A stretch of DNA of 64,000 nt from positions 161,386,001 through 161,450,000 of the forward strand of contig NC_043000.1 of assembly GCF_006345805.1 (NCBI RefSeq). The letters are read 5' to 3'. The notes beneath the pieces are model-generated. The model saw nothing but the letters and a program-made list of their open reading frames with translations. It searched no databases and had not been told where the DNA came from. Origin of the DNA: Octopus sinensis. Taxonomy: Eukaryota. The position numbers and the translations under genes are program-made. Shown here in pieces: positions 10,967 to 21,542 of this stretch (the first letter of the stretch is position 1; every line of letters starts with the position of its first letter).

Positions 10967-12604
10967 ATATATATATATATATTTAATGTATATATTTATA
11001 TATATGTGTGTATGTATGTATTTTTATACATGCATACATGTCTATTAGGATATATGCATATATATGCGAAGAATTTTTTTTATGCGTGTATCTGTGTATA
11101 CACAGACACATACTCCAACAAAATACATGAGACAGATTTTGACGAATAAATGTTGTGAGCAATTATATGTTATACTATATTATACGATAAAATTTTAGTA
11201 CTATTAGAACACATAACACAGCATGATATGATATAACTTAGTGACAAAAATAATATATATTTTTAGAGATATCACAAAATGAATTAAGATAGTTTTCAAA
11301 AAGGAACTTGATTTGCTCATACGATTTGGAACATTCTCTCCAAACCTTACACCAGTGCCCCTGCAAATAACTTTTATTTATTGGATGTTCAGCTGTGCTT
11401 ATTCCTAAAAAAAATCAATTATAGCTCATTAGGTCGCAGTGTAATGAGGGGAGAGTTTCTCCTGTTGATAAACTTTTAAGACAAAACTTAACGGAACAAA
11501 TATTTTGAAACAACGGGATTTGAATCTACAGTTTCAGTCGGAAGCCATATCTTCTCCGGTGCCTAAAACTACTTCGGTGCCCGTCTTTTGCAAAGTTTCC
11601 ATGTATATAAAACACCTCGCAACTCTATCATTAAAACCATTACAATTGCAACTATCTTTTCTTGAATCAAGCATAGTGTACCTAGGGTACATTATGTTCC
11701 TCCATTTCTTATGGCATGAAGGTAGGGCTCAAACGAAATTTGGATATTCAAATAATTTTGTAAATTGAAATACTTTTGTCATGCTTAACCAGTTGCCTTT
11801 GTTGGTGATTGGATAAGACACATAGATTCTCTGTTAACTCATATCAATTGAGTACACTTTCCTACTCAGAATCAAAGTAAACATTTTCACTCATACGCTT
11901 TGAGTGAAACAAAACTATGTATCTAAATCTATAAAATGTAGTAAAATCTGATCCAAGTAACCAGCTACGTTGATTTCGTTTCCAAAATAGTTGACTAAAT
12001 TTTAGTACCTTTACTGGTGAAATTGTTACTTATGGATTCTATTTTAATGAATGGCAAATGCAACCTCCCGAGGATTCTTTTTCTTTTTCTTTTTCACTCT
12101 GAACGTGGAATAGCTTCTTTTACCCTATCTTTTTCAGAGTGTGCTTGACGAGGTTGTAGGACTAACACTCTGAGGTTAATGCAATCCAAATTTATTGAAG
12201 TCACATTTACGTTAGTGTAAGAATGGCAGGTCAAATACCGTGTCGCAATTATTCTGGATCGTTACATATTGTTTTCAAATCTCGACTTTGCCTTTCACCC
12301 ATTCGAACATGTTTTCTCTTTCCCTTAGAATCGGCTCCGATAAAGAACCCAAGAAAGAGCGCGCACAATTCGGGATATCACTCAGTTTTCCCACCATAGT
12401 GGGCGGCTTTCTAAGAAAGAAAGGGAGTTGTAAGAGCAATATAAGTCCCAAGCACGGATTATGGAGTTATAAGAAATACCAGAAATAATTGATTCTGACA
12501 GAAGTACATATCATAAAATGCAGAGGGGGGGAGTTAGCGTATTACAACATCTCCATTATTTAAAACCTACTTCATCTCAGGGACTCTGGAAAAATCAATG
12601 GTGA

Positions 12605-12690
12605 AGTTCATATCGCCGAATTTGAACTCACTACGTAGAGAGCCGGATGAAATACCGAAACGCAATTCGCCCGGTGGTCTAACGAAGCTG
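12605..12690 (-). mobile_element. Degenerate head of the same SINE family as 14520-14751
   Basis: Reverse complement gcagcttcgttagaccaccgggcgaattgcg...gagttcaaattcggcg aligns with gcagaatcgttagcacgccgggcgaaatgcg...gagttcaaattctgccg. Confidence 0.5.
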
Positions 12691-12935
12691 CCGTTGAAAA
12701 GGAGCTGAGCGAATAATTTTCAATGAAACATTCGGTGAGTTAATATTTGTAGACTTTGCCAGACAAGTTAGAGGGAAAGTAATGTCTGGTACATGACTGT
12801 ATCTAAATTTAGAATCTGGATTATATTTAACTCTAACAACTACGAGGTGCCAGTATTCAATGCATGCAACCACCAGACAACTAACATACACACAGACACA
12901 TATCGCACATATACACACATATCATAGCATATAGA

Positions 12936-12969
<34 letters not shown>

Positions 12970-13019
12970 CATAAGATCTAAACACGCATGTGTGCGTATA
13001 TATATATATATACATATTC

Positions 13020-13062
<43 letters not shown>

Positions 13063-13128
13063 GGTATATATATATATACACACATCTGTGTATATATATC
13101 TTACGTATGTATGTATATATATATATAT

Positions 13129-13154
13129 CTTTGTGTTTTCATGTTTGGATTAAC

Positions 13155-13155
<1 letters not shown>
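13129..13155 (+). mobile_element. ~27-bp terminal stub of the PLE-type family at 28435, embedded in (TA)n
   Basis: tgtgttttcatgtttggattaact vs reverse complement of 28435-28458 tgtgttttcttgtttggattaact (23/24). Confidence 0.55.
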
Positions 13156-13190
<35 letters not shown>

Positions 13191-14059
13191 CACACTTATA
13201 TAACTATACATACAGGCTTATATAAATATCTAGAGCATGTGTATATGCTCAGCCAAATAAGAGGATAAACAACATAAAATATAATGTAACCATTAACAAA
13301 AGCAACAACAATAAATTCTGATGTAAAATTACATCAGAGAAATGCTAGAGCAATAAAAACAAAAACAGCAAAAATACTTTTATTTATAAGCAAGAGTCAC
13401 CGACATATATAAATAACATAAATATTTATTAATAAACAAAGAGTCAATGACATCTATTTTGTTTGTGACTGAATAAAAAAAGATAGATAATGCCCCAGCA
13501 TAACTTCTCTTTTCACACAATATTAATTTTCTTTTGAGGATAATGACAGCGAAACAAAAAGTAATTAAACCCATGAAATACACTATTTAGTTAGAAAGAA
13601 AATATGAAGGGTAGCACTTACAACGCTTTCGATTTTTCCGTTTGGTGAGCTCGGTATGTTCACTGTCCTGTTGGGATCTCTGCGGCTAAGAAATGGTTAA
13701 TATTGGGAGAAAGTCAAGAAATCCGAAGCTCCTCTCAGCTATAGATGAATTATTAATTCATGTTTATTTACTCTAGTTATTCCATTATTGCTGCTGAGTA
13801 TTGCCATTCCAAATTCCACTCCAGACAGTTCTACACAACCCTTCTCTTGTAACATATCTTTTCAAGGAAATTCGATATATATACACAGATGCATACATAT
13901 ATATTCATATTTTTGAAGTCCAACCCGTCGCAGCATGAGGTGGGAGATTAAACGCTCACGATAACGATGATAATTATGGACTATTTGGGTTTGATATTGA
14001 AAGACCCGAAACTTCTGGAGAGTCCAGATTCATCACTACCCCTGTAAGCCAGAGTATCT

Positions 14060-15270
14060 AAATAAACCGAGACCCCCGGTAGTACACGTCAGAACCGAAA
14101 AGCAAGCAGATGTCTGCAAATACTGAAGTACGGTAAAGCAGGTTTGTAACATATATTTGCAAACCTCTCAGCAACTAAAGGATCAATACCATGTTTTCAG
14201 AGATAGTAATAATTCTTTTAACAAAATATGGCATGACACACTACGGGCGACAATAAAGTAATGCAACTTGAGGAAGAAGCTTACTTCTGGCTTCCAACAG
14301 TCTCACACAAAAACAAACAGGGCATTTCTCACACAAGGAACCAATGGTGAGTGGCTCTATACACCTAAGGAGGTCATCAACGCTGCCTCTTCCTCAGCCT
14401 TCTCTTTAACATATTCCTGGATTGGATGTTGTTCGATGTCCTGGAAAACCATGTGGACCCTGCGTGCTCCAGCGGGAGGAATTTAAATGTCTCTTTTGCT
14501 GGTGGTATTGATTAAGTGGAGGCGGTGAGCTGGCAGAATCGTTAGCACGCCGGGCGAAATGCGTAGCCGTATTTCGTCTGCCGCTACGTTCTGAGTTCAA
14601 ATTCTGCCGAGGTCAACTTTGCCTTTCATCCTTTCGGGGTCGATTAAATAAGTACCAGTTACGCATTGAGATCGATATAATCGACTTAATACGTTTGTCT
14701 GGCCATGTTTGTCCCCTCTGTATGTAGCCCCCTGTGGTCAGTAAAGAAATAGGTATTGATTAAGTGGCAAGAAGGGGAGTTTGAATTGAATGAATTATTC
14801 AACATTCTTGATACACTCTCCACCGCGTTTAGGGTTGCAATTATTAATGATAAAGCATTTAGACATGTAATCCTTGTCAGGTTCACATAGATATTGACGT
14901 CTTTCCCCAAACTGAAGCCAATGTGGAGGAGAAAAGATATCGTTATAAAGTGCTAAATGAGACTCCTTCGAGCAACTGTACTTTCCATTCCTTTGTACTC
15001 ATGAAAAATGCTGTCTCTCACTGTAGAGATACATGTACTTAAAAAGGTATTCTAACACGCATTTAAGGCATCTTTAATTTGGACCACATCGCAAGTAAAA
15101 ATGTTTGCAAAACCATCCAGTTTCACATTAGCAGATTTCACAACGAAGAAGTAACTAAGATGGTATGGCAACATAACAAGATCCAATGGATATGCAAACC
15201 TATATTCAAAAGAATAAATGAGAAGCAGAAAGAGAAAAAGATAGACAGAATCTCAATGTGATGGCAAATA
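14060..15270 (+). mobile_element. Degraded RTE-clade LINE RT, interrupted by a SINE
   Basis: GGHQRCLFLSLLFNIFLDWMLFDVLENH (~14370-14455, degenerate GVRQGCLLSP.LFNIFL) and LKPMWRRKDIVIKC.MRLLRATVLSIPLY (~14910-15000). Confidence 0.65.
14520..14751 (+). mobile_element. Full-length tRNA-derived SINE with 16-bp target-site duplication
   Basis: ggcggtgagctggcagaatcgttagc...gagttcaaattc head; TSD ggtattgattaagtgg at 14504-14519 and 14752-14767. Confidence 0.9.
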
Positions 15271-16894
15271 GTTAGTGGAGAATACAACTATTTATTCTGC
15301 TGGTGACCCCACTGAATAGTGGGTTACAACATTCCATTTTTCTTTATTTGTGTCTTTGGGATATTGAGCGGAAGGCCCTCCATATATTCTGAGTGATCTT
15401 TATAGCAAGTTCGAGCTAGGTTTTATTGTGATGATATATATATCTATCAAAGATAACTGTGCCTGACAACTGAGATTCGTTTAATTCAGGTTAATAAATT
15501 TCTATCAATTGGTGGGGATTGTCAGAGATACCACTTGATACATTATATAGGGAAAGTAATACTCAATAAAGTAATAGTCAATATTTAAACCAGCGCCTTG
15601 AAAAATTCCCATAATTTTTTTTTTCCGAATTTATCCACATAGCCTCGAAATTGCCTGTTTGCTGTGTCTGTACAAGGCTAGCTACGAGGGATGTAAGCTT
15701 TTCAAAACTATCCATATTTTAAATACAAAGCTCTTTTATGGTTTCTGATCGTGGTTGAAAAATATTATGATATGCGGTATAGAGGATGTGCACGGTTGTG
15801 AAATTTTAAGGAGGGGTGTAGGCATGTAACACTTTTAATCGATTGTGTGTATTTAGAGATTACTGTAATATCACATTGATAATCCCAATGATATGCTAAT
15901 GATGTAGTAAAGAAGTCACCTAGGTTGTCAGTCCTGGAGCATTGCTTTATATTTTTCATCCCAAATGCAGCAACTGTGGGCATCATTTTAGGCCATTAAG
16001 TGTATTTCCTAATGCATGTGAATATCTGGATGATGTTAGTAAGTTAATGATCTATACTAAAACATTTTCATTTTAGTAGTTTCGTAGAAAATAATGTTAG
16101 AGATGCAATTATATGAGTAGAAAACCCTCTGATGTAGAAAGACTAAATTGTTTTGAATAGTACGTGGAAGGAGAACCTAAGTGGATTTGATGCGTAAAGA
16201 AAGATTGAATATATCAGAAGTGTTTAAGCTGACCGCAATGGTATGCAGCTTGCAAGGTTAGAAAAACGATACCGTGTTAGCAAACTCTGAAGACGCCGTT
16301 GAAGGCCAGATCGCAACGGCAGATAAATGTTTGGAGTATATTTATAATTGATGACTTGCCTAACAAATGAACGGTTTTCTTTCAGCTGAATGATGAAGTA
16401 CTATCACTAGTGAAAGTCTTTGCTTAACCTATTCTTTTTAGAAAATATACTTCATTTGTAGATTCAAAAATGTTATATACAGTGAAAACCTACATAACAC
16501 CATGAAGATAACCAGTATAGGGATGACTCAGTAAAAGCTGTTTGGAAATCACCTTTGTAACCCATCTCAACATTCATGAGAATTATTAAATATTCTGCTA
16601 AACTAGTGGAGATATTAAAAATACATTTGACTTTGTTCTCCAAGTATTACTAATCAAAGTTTTACTTCAAGTGTCCCAGTAAATAGTACAGCGAATCACA
16701 TCTACAACCTAATCTACTTCACTCTCAGTCGCAAGGCTCTCTACCGCGATAAAATAAGTAGGCGTACAGCACAATGTTTTATTATTTCGTTTTGTTTTTT
16801 TTCCCGCCAACACCACTACTCTCTTATTTCCTCTTTGAACTTGCTAGAACTTGGTGTTCTGTGTATCATAAATATCGAGCCAGAAGCAGTGAGA

Positions 16895-16929
<35 letters not shown>

Positions 16930-17077
16930 AGTAGATAGACATTGAAAGCTATCCGTAGTTGTTCTTATCTCACATGCATAACGTTGTTTTATGAACCCAT
17001 ACACACAAATACAGACATACCTATATTTACATGTAATATATGAGCGTGCATATTTGTGTATGTTTGTACTGAACACA

Positions 17078-17449
17078 GTGTGTCTATGTGGTAAGTATCT
17101 TGCTTACCAACCACAATGTTATGGGTTCAGTCACACTGCGTGGCACCTTGGGCAATTGTCTTCTACTATAGCCTCGGGTTGACCAAAGCATTGTGAGTGG
17201 ATTTGGTAGACGGAAACTGAAAGAAGCCCATCGTATATATATATATGTATATATATGAGTCTGTGAGTGTGTGTGTGTTCTGTGTGTCTGTGTGTGTGTG
17301 TGTCTGCGTCTGTGTTTGTTCCCCAGCCATCGCTTGATAACGGATGTTGGTGTGTTTACGTCCCCGTAAATTATCGGTTCGGCAAAAGATTTGTTCGACT
17401 AAGGCGGTGCTCCAGCATGGTCGAAGTAAAATGATTGAAACAAATAAAA

Positions 17450-17452
<3 letters not shown>
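17078..17452 (+). mobile_element. tRNA-derived SINE with internal (TA)/(TG) microsatellite
   Basis: gtggtaag...gggttcagtc head, ggatttggtagacggaaactgaaagaagccc core, ggcggtgctccagcatgg tail; same family as 21138 and 43611. Confidence 0.85.
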
Positions 17453-17490
<38 letters not shown>

Positions 17491-17493
<3 letters not shown>

Positions 17494-17900
17494 TTGTGTG
17501 TGGGGAGAGTCACTCTCTTTTAGTGCCTTATTCTTTAACACATCGGTAAAGTTTCCACTCATTTATTTATTTTTCTTAAAATTTTCGTGGCGTCTTGCAA
17601 CCTTTTAAATAGTTGTTGACTCTGTCTGTTATCCGAGCTGCGTTCCATGTTGGTCCCTACGATGTTCGTAGAGAATGGAGGGCTGTTTTTTGTCGTTATA
17701 TTGTCTCAAATATACATGTACTCTTTCTGCAATGCTCCTAGATGTATCCCCTATGTATGTCATGTTCATGTTTTTACAAGCACCTTCTATGCACCTTATG
17801 CTGTAGACTACATTTCTAGAACTACCGTTAATTCCAAGGTTAATTCTACATACCATGCAGTTATCATTGGTGCATATGGTATTCTCAAAGGGGTACGTCC
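17491..17900 (-). mobile_element. PLE 3' fragment: GIY-YIG endonuclease + 3' terminus in (TA)n
   Basis: ORF 17629..17856 NVVYSIRC..TYIGDTSRSIAERV; eroded hammerhead TTTAAAA GGTTGC aagac GCCAC GAAA ATTT TA at 17578-17612. Confidence 0.75.
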
Positions 17901-18067
17901 TACATAGCTATAATCTGACAGAATTTCTCTGGCTTTTCAACGATCATAATGTTGAGTACCCATCAGTGTACCCATCAGTGTACAAATTTATTCTCATTAT
18001 TTGAGCATTTAAGTAGTTTTCTATATTTATACCTCCCCGAAAGATGAACATACACTTCCGCTATCTT

Positions 18068-18339
18068 TAATAATAATAATAAATAATAAATGCGTCCTTT
18101 TAAAGCCTAGCTAGGCTCATGGGCCCGGTTTCCCGGTTTCTATGGCGCATGTGTTCCCCACCTGGACGGGACGCCAGTCCATTGCAGCGTTACTCATTTT
18201 TGCCAGCTGAGTGAACTGGAGCAACGTGAAATGAAGTGTTTTGCTCAAGAACACAACGCGTCCATCGGTCCAGGAATCGAAACCACAATCTTACGATCAT
18301 GGTGCTGACACCCTAACCACTAAGCTACGCGCCTCCACA
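18068..18339 (-). mobile_element. tRNA-derived SINE (third family)
   Basis: Minus strand ggcgcgtagcttagtggttagg (A box) ... ggtttcgattcc (B box) ... cttgagcaaaacacttc ... (tta)n tail. Confidence 0.8.
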
Positions 18340-19507
18340 TCCCTAATAATAACGATCACCAATTACAACCCCTGAAATTTTTCTGGCTGTTGAATCATTC
18401 ATCGTCTCCACCAAATCTCCCCGACGATAAACGTCCTCGGCAATTCTTTATAGACCTTGACCTGAACAACCACCTCAGGCGTCGGTATCCTCCGCACACA
18501 TGAAGATCAAGAGACTCAATCACTAGCTACGGATCTACTATTCGGATACGGATGAACGCCGACTACGATGTATGTATATACGAAGGCATGTATACATTTG
18601 ACTTAGTCGTATGCATTTACTTTTGTTTCGTGTATAAAAATACGTTCGAGCGACAAATTAATACGGCGTAATTAAGTGTTTCCTTTTGTCCAAGATGGCG
18701 CCGAGGCATTACTATTACATTACCGAGTCGCATCAACTGCTCGTAAGTTTTGCAATCCCAAGTGAAATATTGTAATTTTCATACGGAGTTGAAAACTCTA
18801 CTCGTGCTAAGTGGTGGAAATCTTGCAGCGAAATTTGACAAAATTTGTGGACATTCTCACGTATAATTAGAAAACTAATTAGAAAAATAATTAGCTAAAA
18901 TAATTATCAATACTAATAATAATGAGGAAAATATAATGTTTATGAAAAATAATAGTTAATGATAGTTGGTAAAATAATAATATCAGCATAGTTGTTGCTT
19001 AGCCAAATGTAGTGAGTATATATTTCCGTTATCAGACTTTATTTCAGAATCTAGTATGTTAACTTACTCTGAATTACACATTACAGAACAAAATACACAA
19101 AGAAAGTACAGAGAAATGTATTTTTGAAGTAATTAAACGTTCCTTTGGTTTCCTAAGTGTAAATTGTCAGTAGATTTTATTATAGAAGATAAAAGAACTC
19201 TTTTACACCGTGCAAATTAAGTATACTTATGTCTACGCCGGGTTAAATTGTCAACTGGCGACACATTTACGACAGAGAAGTTCTGACATTGATTTTTGTT
19301 TTAATATAGACACAAATAGTATCTACATACATACCTCTACATGTAATAGACAAACACATACGCAGACATACATTATGCTTAAATACAAGTGTCTGCAATA
19401 TATATTTATATTAATAGTAATGGTATGACAACAAATGAATGATATCTCGATATTATGTAAATAGAGAAATTTATCTGTAATATAATATGGGACGATTATT
19501 TGGTCGA

Positions 19508-19574
19508 CATGATAAAATTCTGAGTTTCGGATGTCAGAGCGGAAATTTGCTCCGGCATCTCATCAGTTATTATG
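19508..19574 (-). ncRNA. Type I hammerhead motif with long stem II, partly decayed
   Basis: CATAATAA CTGATGA GATG C CGGAGC aaatttcc GCTCTG A CATC C GAAA CTCAGA ATT TTATCATG; stem I 7/8 paired; one stem III mismatch. Confidence 0.55.
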
Positions 19575-19950
19575 ACAATAAAAAAAATACTATGAAAATG
19601 ACCGTTAAATAAAAGGAAAGTACTATGTAATTGTCGGTTATTAAGACAAAATAGCTATTAGAATGACCGTTAAATAAGGGGAAAAAACCGAAGGGGAGAA
19701 AGTAAGGAGGTAAAAAAGTAAAAGTGCTCACAGAAATCGCGTATGCGCGCATGTACATACATACACATGCGCGCACGCACACCTACGAACATGTATCTAT
19801 ATGCATATGTTCACTTACACTCGCGTGAAACACATACATGCACACCCACACATATGTGGATCATGTCCACATATGACTAAATATTTGTTTTATTATGGCA
19901 AGGAATAATGGTCACATATTATATTGCAGATATGTGTGTGTGTGTGTGTG

Positions 19951-20029
<79 letters not shown>

Positions 20030-20078
20030 TTAGATAGGTAGGTAGATCGATAGATAGATAAATAGACAGATAGATAGA
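19951..20078. repeat. (GATA)n microsatellite
   Basis: Direct reading. Confidence 0.95.
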
Positions 20079-20794
20079 CAAACAGTTGACATGCTGGTAG
20101 ATAGATATGTATATATCTATGTATAACTTTCTCTTGTAAAAACGTTATTATCTCTTGGAATGTACCTATATGCTGGTAAGAATGAGTTAGAGTACATATG
20201 CTGCACGTCAGATATTTGTGTTAAAATCCAAACATCTAAAGTTTTCTTCAAAAATACATTTCTCTGTACTTTCTTTGTGTATTTTGTTCTGTAATGTGTA
20301 ATTCAGAGTAAGTTAACATACTAGATTCTGAAATAAAGTCTGATAACGGAAATATATACTCACTACATTTGGCTAAGCAACAACTATGCTGATATTATTA
20401 TTTTACCAACTATCATTAACTATTATTTTTCATAAACATTATATTTTCCTCATTATTATTAGTATTGATAATTATTTTAGCTAATTATTTTTCTAATTAG
20501 TTTTCTAATTATACGTGAGAATGTCCACAAATTCCAGTCTGTCCTGAACTCATAAATGAGCCGAACGCAGATATGATTGTGTTATCGCGGTTTTATGATA
20601 TAATAAGATGTTTCCGTTTCTTTTTTTAACATCTAGTAATAGACTCTGTCTATAAGAAATATCTCTCAAGACAATTATCTCTGTGAATTAGGCTTTCAAT
20701 ACTGAATTTGCTTTAGGTATGATACGCATATTGCTATTCTTAACTAATACCGATTTTGTCACACATAAGGAGTGTGTGTGTGCGCGAGAGTATG

Positions 20795-20803
20795 TAGATA
20801 GAG

Positions 20804-20893
<90 letters not shown>
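20795..20893. repeat. (GATA)n microsatellite
   Basis: Direct reading. Confidence 0.95.
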
Positions 20894-20894
<1 letters not shown>

Positions 20895-21137
20895 GAAATA
20901 GAGAGAGAGGGGGTAGAGGGAGAGAGAGGATAGACATTCAGCGTTACTCATGCCACTCATGTTACAAATGTTTTAAATTAATTGTGGGATAGTTGAAATG
21001 CATATCAATGTCTTTAATTCTAGTATTTAAAAACGATTGAAGAAGAGCACTGAACGCATATTATAGAGGTTAGGTAAGCATACGGATCAGCACTTTGTAT
21101 TTGTTCGATATTATTTAAAATTTGTCTGGTGTGATAC

Positions 21138-21542
21138 ACTCTGTTACTCTGTTACTTGTTTCAGTCATTTGACTGCGGCCATGCTGGAGCACCGCCTTTA
21201 GTCGAGCAAATCGACCCCGGGACTTATTCTTGGTAAGCCCAGTACTTATTCTATCGCTCTCTTTTGCCGAACCGCTAAGTAACGGGGACATAAACACACC
21301 AGCATCGGCTGTCAAGCAATGCTAGGGGGACAAACAAACACACACACAAACACATACACACATATATATATATACATATATACGACAGGCTTCTTTCAGT
21401 TTCCGTCTACCAAATCCACTCACAAGGCATTGGTCGGCCCGGGGCTATAGCAGAAGACACTTGCCCAAGATGCCACGCAGTGGGACTGAACCCGTAACCA
21501 TGTGGTTGGTAAACAAGCTACTTACCACACAGCCACTCCTGT
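21138..21542 (-). mobile_element. Full-length tRNA-derived SINE
   Basis: Reverse complement of the 17078 family from ggagtggctgtgtggtaag to gactgaaacaagtaacagagt tail. Confidence 0.9.

Larger units (their letters stand above)
18842..20533. repeat. Perfect 288-bp inverted repeat (18842-19129 / 20246-20533) with 1116-bp spacer
   Basis: Line-by-line comparison of the arms found no mismatch; no TSD seen. Confidence 0.95.

Noticed and set aside
12313-12488. Strong splice-acceptor-like ttttctctttcccttag followed by an open frame (IGSDKEPKKERAQFG...)
   Set aside because: No recognisable protein, no partner exons and no transcript evidence; polypyrimidine-AG is common in this composition
12644-12675. 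ccggatgaaataccgaaacgc looked like a hammerhead
   Set aside because: No stem II; it is the reverse strand of a decayed SINE head
13615-13690. Minus-strand CCGCAGA-GAT...ATC-GAAA-GCGTT hammerhead-like layout
   Set aside because: Two core mismatches, unpaired stem I base and no palindromic stem III
13985-14025. GGGT...ACCC GAAA stem resembling hammerhead stem II
   Set aside because: No CUGAnGA or UUGAnAA upstream
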